Shown in pieces: positions 1 to 15,088 of a stretch of 64,000 nucleotides of DNA. The notes under the pieces were generated by a model that ran no database searches, was not told the DNA's origin, and saw only the letters and a list, made by a program, of their open reading frames with translations. This stretch comes from Octopus sinensis (Eukaryota), in contig NC_043008.1 in the NCBI RefSeq assembly GCF_006345805.1, positions 73,346,001-73,410,000 on the forward strand, in the 5' to 3' direction. Positions within the stretch are counted from its first letter, which is position 1. The number at the start of each line of letters is the position of its first letter. A program made the position numbers and the translations under genes.

Positions 1-559
1 AACAGTGTTGTATCCAGTTAATGGCTTTTGCTCAAGTGATAGTTTCTCCAGATGCTCTTGAAACTTCAATAAAAAACAGCCTATAAATAAAGTTTATTTG
101 CGTTACCTTTCACAGAGTGTCAAAGACATCCATGCAAGCATGACATTCTTCACTCTCACCAACTTCATATATTCTTGAGAATGTTACCAACTCACATTCC
201 TCTTCTATTCAATCTAATGGATTATATGCGATTATAAGGCAGACATGATACCACACCTACATTTTGGTTTTATGTAAAAACCAACCCAGTGTTAAATTTT
301 AAATAGACATTTTCTTTGCATAGTGTATTATGCTATTTTCATCTGGCTAATGCTGTATCTATTTGTAATGCATGAACATCTTTTCATAACTAGTGTGGCA
401 TAATAAATTTTGTTTAAATGTTTGTTCCATACAGTTTACTTATTCTAAAGAGCTTACAGTCAACTAACCATAATACATCCCAGCAACATTGTCACACATG
501 TCTACAAGCAACAATTGATGACTTTCAACACTAGAAATGGCAGCCAGAACAAGCAACTA

Positions 560-1030
560 CAGATTCATTGAAAAGTTAATATGGCGACTTGGTTTTATAT
601 AGGATCAACATACAGTCAAAACCAAATATCCAGTTGCTGATCTAAACTAGCCATACCTTGAAATAAAGTTGCAGTCATCTATAAACACAATATTCAGATG
701 GAGTGAGGTGAAGAGAATAAGACAGATGAGGCAAAACTTCCATATCTTTCCTTGAGTGCATTGGGCAATACGTGGCCTTTATGACTGATCAGTGATGGGT
801 GCTTTCTCTACAATGCTTCCAATTGATTACAATATTTCTCCATCTTAACTATTTTATTTTGGTTCAACACTTCATGATAGACAACACCCTTCATATCCCA
901 CCAAAAACAGCATAATGTTTCAGGGTGTAGTCTTTGTTTGAGGATGAATTATCTCCTTCCATTGGGTACTTTCCATTATTGTTCATATTATTATCATTAT
1001 AGAGAACTCCCTTTCAAAACCCTCAAAATT
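560..1030 (-). pseudogene. Mariner transposase fragment
   Basis: LHP...ML.FWWDMKGVVYHEVL; LPH.SYS..L.PS.Y remnants. Confidence 0.7.
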
Positions 1031-4000
1031 CTAAAATGCATTTGACAATCCCACTGGGCACTGCTGAGGCAAAATTTCGTCTAGATCTGTCTGTCTGTCT
1101 CTTTCTCTCTCTCTCTCTCTCTCTGATATCTATTGTGTTTTTTACACAACTAGTCTATAATAAATATTATTTCAGGATAAATACTACACCAACTGGCCCA
1201 TCAATAATGTGTATACATTAAGTATGCTATATAAGTGGAAATAACAATGTATAAAACATTTCGAAATTATATACAACATAGAACAGTACTAGTACTAATA
1301 TTTTGTCTCGGAAACTTCTTGAAGAGTTTTGTATGTTAAAAAGCATAGAGCTTGCACAGATTATCATCAATAGATCATCAAATGCATACAAGAATATAAT
1401 TTTACCCTGGCTAGCTTTCACAAAAATCAATGAATATTTTCTGTTGAGACCAAATCAGTTGGAAACGCCAGCGTCTGAGGATCTGACAATGACATTCTGA
1501 GAGAGAGCTCTGTGCTTTTTTAGTGCACAAGTTTCTTTGAAAAACTTTTCTTAGACAAAATATTTCAGCTGGCGCTGTTCTACATTTGTGTATATATTAT
1601 GTTGTATACATCATTTATATTTATCTATTTTGATATATCTACCTATATGCATACACTATATATGATGTAAATACAATGAACAGCAAAAAATGAGACAACA
1701 GAAAGGAGGGACAACGTTTAACAAATACAGTATTAGCTTAATACTAAGAAAAAGAAAAATGTGTGGTGAGCATGTTTGTGTTAAACTTTTATCTTATGTT
1801 TCTAAATTCAGTTATAAAAGAAAATTGAGAGAGAGAGGGAGGAGGGAGAGAGACAGACAGAGATAGATTTGTAATACGGGACAGGAAACAACAGTAAAAT
1901 GTTAGTTTTAAATTTGTCAATTAGTATCACGTAAAACTTTTTGTTTTTACAGAGCAGCTTAATTGCTTAATAAAAATGATCACTTCAGTTTCCAGATTTC
2001 CTATGTTCCACTCTCTGGCCTTCATTGCTGTTTCAATGTTCTGGTTATAGCATTACATTGGGGTATGTTTCATTGATAATATGTACATATAGAAGCAACA
2101 ATGTTTTTGCGTTTGTGGTGGATTTTATATTGGCAGCACTATCCATCACTTCCTCAAGTATTACATTCCAAAGGCATTATCATTATCAGTATTGTTATCA
2201 TTATTATTATTATCATTATTATTATCATTATTATTATACAACACACAATATAGAAATACATAATATAATATCCGTTAATCTGTTAACATTTTAGCAATAT
2301 AAACCACTTTCACAGCAGATGTTTAATGAGTAGCCAGAGGCGGTAGAAGTAAAGGTAAGAAACCTTTACCAGTGTATTGAGTGAATGCTTTCTTATTTGG
2401 GATTTACTTTATAATATTGTCGGGTGAAGCAGAAAGGTTATTTCAGAATCCCTACTTGCTTCCAGAAAACTTCTGATATTAAAAATTTCTTTGTATCAAA
2501 AAACTAAATTGTTCTAAGCCAGCATTGAGAATGAGCAAGCTGTTACAAAGATTTGCCGCAGGAAAATATTTCTACTCTTGATTTGATTTCTTTTCTTACA
2601 GTACAGCTATATCTTTCTTTGAGATTATTGTTATGTTATTTTCTAATTTGTCCTTGTAATGTCTCCCTCACCCATTACACTTGTGGCAATAATAGATATC
2701 ATTATTATTATTGTGGCTATTGTTCTTCATCTTATTATCATTGCACATGTTGTTATTGTTATTTTTATTACTGTCTTTGTTATTTTCTTCATTGATTTGC
2801 TGCCTTGTATTTTATGATGCAACTGTTTCTTATGCCTTTCTTGTTCTTGTTTTTGTAGTTGCTTTCCATTTCATAACCATTGTTGTTGTTTCTGCTGCTT
2901 TTGCTACGACCATTATTTGTCTTCCTAACTCTAACTTTCCCTCCCTGAATATTATTAATATGCTTGTAATAATATTGTTATTTTGAGATTTTGCTACAAA
3001 AGAGGGCTCCACTCTGCCTTACCTACGTTTAGCTACCTGCAGAATTTTCTTTTGCTATTTTTCTCATCTTTTTCTCATTCCAATAGATCTGACTTTGTGT
3101 TAGATTTGGTATTACTAAAAGAAAACCAATTAAACACTAAAATCGAAGAAATCAACAACTGCTACCTTTTACAAATCTGTTGCCTTAAGACTTAATTAAC
3201 TATTATTAATATTTACATTAATTATATTCTATTTTCCTTTTGTTTTAGTAGCTATTATAATAGTTGTCATTTATTATCAAGCCGGTTTTTATAATGTTTG
3301 TTATTCGTATTAAATTTTGTTAGTTATTTTCTGGTTTGTTGGTCTACATAATTTTACATATTTCTCCACACCCCACACCCTTCCTCTCATACACAAGCAC
3401 ATTATGCATACTGCACACATATACACATGTGTATGTACCTATAAATACATACCATTATATATATTTACACGCACACTCATACACATGTATATACATACAC
3501 ATGAATATATATATATATATTAATAAAAAGAATTCCAACCTTGTCTGATTTTCACGTTTTATTTACAATCTTATAATGATATATTATAAGATAATATATT
3601 ATAATTGAATAAAATAAAATGAAATAGTAGAATGTTAAATATTCATTCTGATTGAACTAGTACTTTCATGCATTGAATTCTGCAATCTTCGGGTTCATGT
3701 AGTAGTGTTGACAGTCATGCTTCACAATTTTTGACTGTAGCAAGATGATTGATTCTGTGCTATAAATACAGCTGGGTAGGCTCCAGAGTGCTAGGTTTTG
3801 CAAACTGTATTCTGACCAATCAGTGTGTAGTATCACTCAATTACTTAAGCTGATTGGTTGGTTGAGCTGATTGGTTTAGGCGTCACGCTTTGTTGGACAT
3901 GTCAAGAGTCCTATGCATGCGTACACATGCACACACATATACCTACATGTATATAACATCTTATATACATTTGTTATTCCAATTCGATGCTGATAAAGAA

Positions 4001-4371
4001 TCAGAAGAGCAAAGTTTTACAGAGTTCCTTGGTTCTAAAATTTCAATAACTACAAGCTTTTCTCGAAATAATTATTTGAAGGAATTGTTTTGACAATGGT
4101 TGATTCTCACATCTTTTTCATATTATTGTATATAAAAGCAACAACAACAACAACAACAGCAATAAGACTATTTTGAAGTGAAACCTGGAATCTTGTGAAG
4201 AAACTTGTGAAGCTATGAATGAATAACAAAGAAATAGTAAATATAAGACAGCCTGTTGGATGGAGTTCAGAGCTTCTGTTACTGTTAGTAGTGGAGAAAA
4301 TCTGACATTTTTCGTAATAATGAGAAACACAAGTGTGGAGTGTGTAAACAACTGGATTTAAGGACACCTAA

Positions 4372-5019
4372 AAGTTCTCCAAGAGAACAAAAAAGAGAAC
4401 AAAAAAGGAAAAAGAAAAGAATAAAATAAAACAGGTCATAAACCTTTGGTATGATAACAAGAAATTTCACCGTGTAATATTTGTTGACGCCACACCTAAG
4501 AACGAATTAAGTAAGGCATTCAAGAAAATCCTGCGCACAACTTGCCTTAAGATCAAAGTTGTAGAAAAGACAGGTAGGACTATCAAATCTGTATTATGTA
4601 GATCATATCCATTTGATGGAATCACGTGTCAAAATTATTGTGCAGTATGTTCTACAAACCCATATGTGAACTGCAAAACCAAGAGCACTGTATACCAGAT
4701 TAAGTGCCAAGAAGGAGTGTGCACAACTAACCCAGAGTCATACATTGGTGAAACTTCTAGGAGTATCAATGATAGGTTCAAAGAACACCTGGACAACTAC
4801 ATTGAAAAGAAACCAAACTCTATCTTCTATCAGCATGCTGTAGACTGCCACAAGAGCTTTTTAGGGAGACTTAAGTTAAACATCCTATCCACACATCCCA
4901 CTGATGCAATGCTGAGACAAGTCACTGAAGCTGTCTGTATACAAGAATACAAACCCACTCTCAACTGTAAATCCGAATGGGGTAACATCCAGATTTCACT
5001 CAAGAGTACCCTTCTATAG
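4372..5019 (+). pseudogene. 3' part of a PLE: Zn-linker plus GIY-YIG endonuclease (Neptune/Nematis-like)
   Basis: Open frame from 4372: VIFVDATP...KIKVVEKTG.TIK..L, CxxxCxxC, VYQIKC, YIGETSRS..RFKEH, RQVTEAV, LN.KSEW. Confidence 0.85.
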
Positions 5020-5343
5020 CCACCCCCTCTCTCATTTACATGTGGAAATCCATACATACATGTTGAAATGCGTGAAGCTAAAGTACATATGCATAGTTAT
5101 TTATAACCGTATGAGCGTACATAGCTTGATACGTATGTACTTATGTGTTGATGTACGTGTGTGTGTACATATGTGTATGTGTTGTGTGTTGTGTATGTTA
5201 GTGTATGAATATGTACATGCACATATGAGTATGTGTAGATATATGTATGTGAGTAAAAAATAAAAAAGAATAAAAATAATAAAATTAAGCAAATTTGAAT
5301 TTTAACTGTTGTCCTTGAAAATAGTGTCATATATATGTGTGTG

Positions 5344-5389
<46 letters not shown>

Positions 5390-5699
5390 CATATATGTGT
5401 GTATACTTATGATTATACGTATATTTGTGAGTGTGTGTAAGTGTCTATATGATTGTGTGTACTTGTATATATGTATAAGTAAGGTTATATGTGCATATAT
5501 GTATCTAAGACGTATCCATTCACCGTTAGACGGTGGTGATAGGGACAAACGCACGCATGCACACACACAGACACAAACATATATATATATATATGTGTCT
5601 CTGTCTATATACATGTATATGTGTATGTATACAACCTTCAACAAAGTAACAGTCATGTATACAACGTGAACACACATGTACACACACACACAGAGGCAC

Positions 5700-6003
5700 A
5701 ACTACACACTCCCCTAAATACTCACGTACGTACGTACGTACGTACATACATACATACATACGTACGTACATACGTACGTACGTACGTACGTACGTACGTA
5801 CGTACATACGTACATACATACGTACATACATACGTACATACATACGTACATACATACGTACATACATACGTACATACATACTACATACATACATACATAC
5901 ATACACATACATACATACATACATACATACATACATACATACATACATACATACATACATACATGCATGCATGCATGCATGCATGCATGCATGCATGCAT
6001 GTA

Positions 6004-6034
<31 letters not shown>

Positions 6035-6062
6035 GTACGTACATACGTACGTACATATATAT
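5700..6062. repeat. Compound microsatellite (TACG)n/(TACA)n/(CATG)n
   Basis: Directly visible. Confidence 0.95.
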
Positions 6063-6285
6063 CATGAACTAACAGTTACTTTCTCTGATGCAGCACGGAA
6101 TTTTGTCAGTGAACAAGTCGCAGTCTCAAAGCAACGAAAATATTTTGGCAAATTAAATTTAAACGTTGAAGTGAATCTAACGGTTTTTGTGTGTTTCTTA
6201 AATGACTTATAAACACCTTCCACACTGCGGTGCTCCAGCATGGCCGCAGTCAAATGACTGAAACATGTAATAGAATAAAAGAATT

Positions 6286-6319
<34 letters not shown>

Positions 6320-6328
<9 letters not shown>

Positions 6329-6770
6329 GATTAAGTAATGAGAAGATGGATTTGGTATTAATCTTTATCTTGTACAACAGTCGTTTTGACCCATCCTGCT
6401 ACAGTCCCTTATGGATGGGACTCCGTTCAACATGTGTTGCATTCATTTTGCTTCCTTGGCCTCATCAGGTACATCTGTACATAAAAGTTTGTGTCTCACT
6501 AAAGATCCTGAGTTTTGGCTGTCATGTTATATGCCCTAACCAGATGGACATATAACAACATGATAGCCAAAACTCAGGATCTTTAGTGAGACACAAACTT
6601 TATGTATGGATGTACCTGATGAAACCCAAACTGCAAGATAGATGCAGCACAGCATGTCGAATGGAGTCCCACCCATAACGATAGTAGCAGGATGGGTTGA
6701 AATGACTGTTGGGCAAAATAAAGATTAATACCAAATCCATGTTCTCGTTATTTAAGCAGTTAGTGTTATT
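6320..6770. repeat. Fold-back pseudo-LTR pair (arms ~6320-6535 / 6550-6770), each arm with a degenerate HHR (6372-6472 -, 6612-6714 +)
   Basis: Core TGTGTCTCACTAAAGATCCTGAGTTTTGGCT versus its reverse complement; consensus GTAC-CTGATGA...GGGTY-GAAAC-GACT-GTT-GTAC. Confidence 0.8.
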
Positions 6771-6937
6771 ATATCAACTAACACTGTGGAATTCCTAAAG
6801 TAGATCCAATGTAAATACTCCAACTGTGAATGACCTGAGGTAGCCCTAATTGTGCCAGTAGTTCTATCAACATATACCCATTAGTCCAAAAATACTAAAT
6901 AATCATATAAATGTGTGTGTGTGTGAGACTATGTGTG

Positions 6938-7013
<76 letters not shown>

Positions 7014-7166
7014 TACTGAGGGAGTTCAAATATGTAGAAATATGGAACTATATGCCAGATGTCACAACAGTATGAAAATGGTGTGCAGAGAATGAAACTG
7101 AGGATATAATAGCATCCATGGAACACTGAGTTATAGTGGTAGAAATTCCAAGTAACCAGATGGGAA

Positions 7167-7760
7167 TTGGTTTCAGTGATGATGACACAGAGTGGGTACA
7201 AATCTGCTGTTAGCGGCTATGTCAAAGCAAGAGAAAAGTATACATGGAAGCACAATCAAGTCCTGAAAATTCTCTACAGAGCTACCAAGAAGCTGATGAA
7301 AGCAATCAAAGGTAGTAAGAAGCCTCAGAAGGATGGCTGTAAATGGTTTATCACATTTGTCTGCCAAGGTCAAGATGGTTACCCAAAACAGAAGAAAACT
7401 GTGAATGACAAGAAACGGGATGGAGTATGGGAAGGAGCAGCAGATCTTTTAGTGTGTGAATGCCTCCTTCCAATATCAACAAGGAAGACACTGGATATGA
7501 CAATATGGTGTGAGGGACGTAAGATAATGCACCTTGTTGAATTAACAGTTTCACATAAAAATTTCAATGAAGCCCAGGTTAAGAAAGCAGTTGTTATGAG
7601 ATGCTACTGGTACAATAAATAGATGCTTTTTGGAGTGTAGTAAACTTTCTGGTAGAAGTTGGATGTATGGGTTGTATTGGGATCAGACTGAGATGGTAGC
7701 TGCTTCCAATTCTTGCCGAACATCAGCAAGCAAACATCATTTTGAAAGTGACCCAGACAG
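7167..7760 (+). pseudogene. Non-LTR retrotransposon restriction-like endonuclease fragment (HERO/NeSL-like)
   Basis: YTWKHNQVL, ITFV..G, W...ADL, ELTV, VEVGC.G. Confidence 0.8.
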
Positions 7761-9091
7761 ATGACTGCAAAGAAATGACGAAGCCTGGCTAGAGAGATGT
7801 CGATTTTGAAATGAACTTAAGGTTGGACAATTGTTAGTCAAAACAGTAGGTGAGGCTTCATTGCTGGGAGCTAGTTCACCATAAAGCAGTTGAGAAGTGC
7901 ACATTCCCTCTTAGTGTCCTCTGACACCTGGCATCTGGTATGCAGCATTTTCAACTGCCTGCACTTGCACTAATAAGCTGCTTTCAAGTCAGTCACTCTG
8001 TGTGTGTGTATGTATACACACACACACACAAACACACACACTCACATATATAAAAGGAAAACCATATATGCATATATGTTTGGATGTATGCTCATATGTT
8101 TACATATGTACATATATGTACTATATCAAAACATAAAACAAAATAGTAATGAATATCAAAAATATAATAAAAAATCAAATTTATAGCAAAATGAAAAATA
8201 AAAATTCTAAATACAGTTTAATAGCTAAAGGGATTTCTGTCATCTGTATGCTAAAACATTTTATAAAATAGAATTTTATACATACACACACACATATATT
8301 TATATATGTGAATATGTATATGTATGTGAATATATTTATGTATGAGTGTGTGTATGAGTACTTGTATACAAATATGTATGTACGTATGTATATACATACA
8401 TACATACATGCATGCACGACATGCACACACTGCATAAACATGGAATTGCATTCTATTAAATTTGTTTTGCATACAGTGTAGAATTGGGCAAAGATGAAAT
8501 CATTGCTCCCATTGTAAATTTACAATGTTTCTACCACAATATGATTATAACCAAACATTTAAAATATGGTAAACATTCAGTTTGTAAACTTTCAATATGT
8601 TTAATAATGGTTTATAAGAATTTATGAATAATATAAAATAACTAACCAAAATTAATGTAAATCAACATATAAAATAAACAAAATAAATAGCAACAACAAT
8701 ATCGACAAATGTAAGAGTAGAAGTAAAGTTGAGAATAATAAATATATAGAGTATTCACCAACTATAGTTTCTGGTGTATATAATTATGGGGATTTGTTAA
8801 ACATTGAAAACTGATGGAGAAATAGTTTGTAAGATAATATTAACACAAACAATAATTATTGTGTGGGGAAATACTGATTAACAAGTTGCTTGTCTTCAAT
8901 GTAAGCAACATAGTAATCATAAAGTAAACTATGAGGAGATATTGAGATGTATTCTTCATTACTTCAGTGAAGTAGATAATACTTAGCTTCCAAATATACT
9001 GCATTGTTTGTTTGTGCAGTGATGATATCACTGTTTATCATATATACGTATCTATATATTTACAAAGACATAAAATGTATACACGCTCACG

Positions 9092-9144
<53 letters not shown>

Positions 9145-9340
9145 CACAAAAAAATCAGACATTGCGTGTGGACACATACACATAAAATATATAAAGGTTT
9201 AGATATACAAATTCTATATTTAAAGCACTATATATTATATATATATACATACATACATACACACACACAGGGTTGCCCTAGCATGGCAACAGTGTTTGGG
9301 CTGAAATGTATAAAAGAATATAAGAATATATGTGTGTATA

Positions 9341-9373
<33 letters not shown>

Positions 9374-9699
9374 CATCATCATCTTTTAACGTTAACCTTC
9401 CATGCTAGCATGGGTGGGGCAGTTTGACAAGAGCTGGCCAGGCTGAAGCCTGCTCCAGACTTCTGTGACTGCTTTGGCAGGATTTTTACAGCTGGATGCC
9501 CTTCCTAACACCAACCACTCAGCAGTGGACCTACTGCATTTTTCTGTGCTTGCACAAGCACAAGCGAGGTGAGTAGTGCTTTCTACATGGCACAAGTTCT
9601 GAGACAGTCTCAACTGAAGAGAATGTAAAATCTCAGACAGCCAAAGTGTGATTGACCCATAACAAACTGAATGTTGTTATGAATTCAACCCTGTCAAAC

Positions 9700-10115
9700 A
9701 ACCTTAGAGTTAGTCCTTAGATATGAGGCAACTGTCTGGATGCTTACCAAAAACACTAGAATCCAAGCTAGATGGAACCTACACTCAAATATTAAGAGCA
9801 GTCTTAAACATATCTTGGAGGACATGTCCCACCAAGAAACAGTTGTATGGAGATCTACCTGTTTCCAATGTTATCTGGAAAAGGCACTTACACTTTATGG
9901 AACATTGCTAGTGAGCCAAACAAGGGCTGGTAAGTGATCTATTGCTTTGGACATCAAAGCATGGTTGTTCTTCAGCTGGTCATCTGAATGCAATGTATGC
10001 AGATCAATTCATGAAAGACACTGGACGTCTCCTTGAAGACTTCTCTCAACTAATGCTGGACCAAGAAGAATGGCATGTATTGGTTAAGAATGTTTGAGTA
10101 AGCTCAACCAGATGA
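9700..10115 (+). pseudogene. RTE-clade LINE 3' fragment
   Basis: LESKLDGTYT..LRAVLNISW..PT...LYG.LP.S..I..R.L.F..HC. Confidence 0.8.
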
Positions 10116-10121
10116 TGTATT

Positions 10122-10482
10122 CTCTTATCTTTCAGTCATTAAACTGCAACCACGCTGTGGTCCAGCTTTGAAGAATATTTAGTCAAATGAATCATCTCAC
10201 AACATATTATTTTTTAAAGCCTAATACTTATTTTGTCAGTCTGGTTTGCTGAACTGCTATATTACAGGGACATAAACACACCAACACCAGTTGTCAAGCA
10301 GTGGTGTGGCACAAACACAAAGACGACAGGCTTCTTTCAGTTTCTATCTCCCAAATCCTCTCATGATGCCTCGGTTGGCTTGAGGCTATAGTAGAAGACT
10401 CTCACTTGCCCAAGGTGCCATGCAGTGGAACTGAACCCAAGACCATATAGTTAGGGAGCAAACTTCTTACTACACAGCCATA
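10122..10482 (-). mobile_element. SINE family A
   Basis: Same body and head motifs. Confidence 0.8.
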
Positions 10483-12375
10483 CATTATAATATATATATA
10501 TACATATATATATACATACAAATATGTATATATATATATATGTGTGTGTGTGTATATATATATATATACATTATTGTGTGGTAAGCTGGTTTATGGGGTT
10601 ACCCTGGGTTTCTTGCTCACTTGGGGTTTAGCCTTACCGTGTATCTTCAGACCCCAAACACTGCTGGCATGTGGCCTGTTTAAAATATGGAGGGGGAAAG
10701 CCTCGTTTTTAATGGTAAAACCCTAGGTGATTATCTCCCTTTGCCATTGTCCATTGATCTTCAGCCATGCTACCATCTTGTGGTTACAAAGCACCATGAA
10801 GGTAAACGATTGTCTTCCTTTGGTATTGGTTATTGGTTTCCAGCTGTGGTGCCATCATGTGGATTCCAAAAGCCAGCAGTAATTTTCTAAAATGCAGGCA
10901 TGGTCTGAAAAATCTCCATCTTGGAGTTCAGGATTCCCGCTGGCATGAGCGAATCTTTCACTGTTTCATCCTGTTCATGTAGGGGCCTGGGTTCTCAAGT
11001 ATTTTCTATGTGATCGATTATGGAATCTCATGTCATAATTGCCAGACATGGCTGACTAGTGATGTCACGTATCTCCTTTCCAGGACTCTGAAGGACAGAT
11101 GTTTGGAAATACACTGTTTGAGAGAGTTCCTAGTGCGCCTTATGTACTTCTGTGAGTGTGTGATGTTGTTGCGCCTGTTGCTGATGTAGGTGCTGTTGTT
11201 GCCACTAGTGATGTCAGTGGTGTTGTCGCTACTGGAGTAAGGGCTGTTGCTGTTGGTGCTGGTGTTGGAGCCGGTCATATTCTTGTCCCTGCACATGCTA
11301 CCTGTGGTGTAGTCATTGTTGCTGCTAGTGCTACTGTGGCTGTTGTTGTTGTGTTTGTTGCTGCTGCTGGTGCTTCCACCGGTGTTGGTGTTGTTGTTGA
11401 AGGAGTCGGGGCTCCTGGTGCTATTGCTGGTGGAGGATGTGGTGGTTGCAACGGTAGTACTATCACCTCTGTTGGTTCTGTTGTTGTTGCCATTATAGCC
11501 AGTGATGGATCTGGATCTGCTGCCTCTGCTACTACTACTATAGTGGCCAAAGGGCTTGGCATCATGGATGTTGGGGAAGCTATAGGTAAGGCTGGTGGTG
11601 GAGGTGGTGGTGATGTCACTGCTGTTGGTGATGCCACTGTTGCTGTTCCATAGTGGCTATGGTGGCTGTGTTACTGGAACAGGACCTGTTCCTTCTGCTA
11701 CTACTACTATAGTGGTTGATAGGTTTGGCAACGTGGACGTCAGGGGAGCTATTTGTAAGGCTGGTGATGGTTGCGATGTCACTTCTGTTGGCGATTCCAC
11801 AGTTGTTGTTAGCAATGCTGCCATCCATGATGGCAGTGGTGGCTATGGTGACTGTGTTACCGACTCCGTTCTCATATCCACGGCCATCATTGTTTCTGCC
11901 GGCATTAAAGGCATGTCATGTTAGAATCTCAGCTTGATATATGACTCCTTTGGTTTTTCAGTGACCTCCTACTGGGAAACTGCTTTGGATCCTGCATGAA
12001 CAACCTGCCTCTGACTGCATCCTAGAGGAGCTAACCAAGATGCTCTTTATATTGGGGTGCAGCTCAACGAGACCCTAATATTGTGTCTGTTGAATATGTG
12101 ACCGTACCTGTGTGAGCTAGTGAAAGGTTTATCTATCAGTTTAAGGAAGAGTCTACCTATGGGGGTTACTGTGTTAGGGCAGTGGTGGGGAGACAAACCA
12201 AATCATATTTCTGTGGTGCTTCCTTCCACAGCTGTTAGGTTCCAGCATGTAGGAGTTGTGGTCCTTAAATCTGCTGGCAGCGAAGGCCTCATTATAGTAT
12301 GTGGCTGCTATGTTGCAGCCTACTCCACTATAATAACTGTTCTACATCTTTGGATTTATGTAATTCTATGGCTGG

Positions 12376-12410
<35 letters not shown>

Positions 12411-12524
12411 TCATATGAATATGGTACATAAGTTGAGGTACCAGAATTTAGTATGGTATTATCCATACAATTTCAAAGTAAAGTGATTAAAATCAAAACA
12501 AGCAACAAGGATATCCAGAGGTAA

Positions 12525-12611
12525 TGCAATACGATCGTTTCATGCAACTCCATTTAATTGAACAATGCAATCATTACATCAATTTAATATGCAGAGCAAT
12601 CCTCAGCTGCA
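12525..12611 (-). ncRNA. Minimal hammerhead motif in a pseudo-LTR
   Basis: Minus strand TGCAG-CTGAGGA-TTGC...GCAT-GAAAC-GATC-GTA-TTGCA; palindromic ACGATCGT. Confidence 0.7.
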
Positions 12612-13139
12612 CAAAGACATAGAATTTAATTAAATTAGAACAGATGGACACATTAGTATAATTATACCTAAAATCTCCAAGAATATAAGGAGATACACAA
12701 AGAACATGCTGCCTTCACTCCAGCTTAGAAGCTACAAAGGTATCAAGAAGATATACATTGTTACAGACTCTGCCTGTCACTGATTTTGGGGAGGAGTGGG
12801 GGAGTGTCAGTTTTAGTTTATATACTAGTTTATCAAATCCTTGTATATCTAAGGCTGAGAGAACAAAGGGGCAGTATTTGTTAGGAGTAGACAGAAATCA
12901 TAGTTGGTATAGTCATAAGAATCAAAATTTATTAGATGCAATATCATGAGGTTTGGTAAAGGATAACTTAAAACAAGATGTTAGCTGACAATTAAGAGGG
13001 TCACCCACTACCAGACCATTGATAATGAAACAGGGGAAGTCTTACCATGTAGTACTATTTTAAAAAAATTTTATTTTATCTAGTTTCAGCTCACGAGCTG
13101 TGGCCAGAAACTATAGTTAAATATTTTAAAGAATGTTGC

Positions 13140-14443
13140 TATATTGTATACAGTTAAAGTTTAGGGTTATTCCGAAGAATATTATAACAAAAGGATATAA
13201 ATTTATGAATACTTTTGAGTATATACAAAACTTTTACCACAATAGAAGGAGGAAAATAAATTATCCAGAAATAGTTTAATATTTATACATATTGTACACT
13301 TAAATACTAACTCATCAGATGGTATCTGTGAATATTGATTAATTTGTATATACTGGTATTAATAAAAGAGTATTGAGGTAAAGGAACATGCTAATTATAT
13401 ATTAATAAAGTTATAATCTAAGCAGTTTTTTTTGTAAGTAGTGAATATACCAGTATAGATTTATATAAGATAAGTATGAATTTATAGAGATACAAAAATT
13501 AGATTAATTTTATAAATAAATAAAGACTAATTATAAAATTATAAAGAAACAAAATAAAATAATCAAATAGGGCAGAACACCATTGGAAAGGAAATAAAAT
13601 GGCTTAATTACTAATACTATGGTAAAATATATGTAGCTTATTAACACCAATAGAGAAGTTTTATAGAAAATGTATAATAATTCAAAATATATTAGACTAA
13701 AAATTATATATTTACTTATTTAACTAATATCAATAAAAGACTGATATCTGGTATCAGCTAAAGGAATATATAAGTCATGGAACAATCATATTTTACACTA
13801 ATTTTTTTAAAACTAAGGGTTATATTATAGGTTTAAGAAGTTATTGTTACTCCCTACATGATATTTATAGTTTCTTAGTGGTACTTGTTTAGAAGGGTTA
13901 TTTATATAAAGTCCCTTATAAATACTAAGATCAGGAGGGTAGAGCCATTTAAGAAAGAGATAAATCAAGTAATTTCTAATGATCATTTCAAACAATATTG
14001 TCTTACTGTATAAAGTTAAAATTTAGGGTAATCAAGAAGATTGTTAAGAATGAAATTATAACAAAAGGATAAAACTTCCTTGAATATTTTGAGTATATAC
14101 CAAATTTTACCACAATCATCATCACCGTTTAGCGTCCGCTTTCCATGCTAGCATGAGTTGGACAAATAGAGCGGCGAAAAAAAATTACAAAGAAATAGTT
14201 TAATATTTTATTTACTTATTATTTATCTAAATATTAACTTATTATATGGTTTCTATGGAGATTGATCAATTGGATTTAACTGGTATATAATAAGGGGGCA
14301 CTGAGATTAAAGAATATGTTAACTATATACTAACTAAATTAAATTGGATTATTTTAAGTTGTGGAGCTACCGGTATTACCTTATATAAGCTGAGTATGAA
14401 TTAATAGGGGCACAAAGATTAGATTTATTTCAGGCTACTATAA

Positions 14444-14478
<35 letters not shown>

Positions 14479-14640
14479 TGATGATGATGATAATAATAAT
14501 AAAAGGATTAGTTAGAAAAGGAATAAAAACAGCCTAATCACTAAAAACCATAATAAAATATCCATAACTTATTAAGTTCAATAGCAAAGATTTATAGAAA
14601 GTGTGTAATAATTTAAGTATTATGAGCTAAATAATTGGTT
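13140..14640 (-). pseudogene. Two decayed Naiad-like thumb/linker fragments
   Basis: 13150-13640 and 14010-14620 resemble each other; remnants IIYFPP and ISFCY. Confidence 0.45.
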
Positions 14641-15042
14641 AAAACAATAATTGTTGTTAAAAGCTAATTAAGTAAATAAACAATCCTCACTCTACCTATC
14701 CTGTGTCTATAGTCCTTTAGGAAAGTTTTCACTTCATGTTACCCACTTTTGTCTTGCAGCCCCAGGGCTTTTTGTTGTATATATATTATCATTCTTAATT
14801 GCTGTCCTCGTGTGACCCAAACCCTTTATTCCGTTTATTGTTTTGACCCTCATCCAATTATGGATAATGGCTGAAAGTGTGTTTGACCCTCTGGCCAATA
14901 ACTAATGAAGAATTGGTGACCTTCTGTGTTTTCTGTTCACTTGTGTACATAGTATATGTTCATTTATTTATTTACTACATGTTTTTTGAATTATATATAT
15001 AGGTATGTCATATTTTCCATTTGTTGTCTTTTCATTGAATCC

Positions 15043-15088
<46 letters not shown>

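Noticed and set aside
5042-6212. Long ORFs rich in Y/I/H/T/M/V/C (also at 38-39, 46, 48-50 and 58 kb)
   Set aside because: Translations of (TA)n, (CA)n and (TACA)n microsatellites, not genes.
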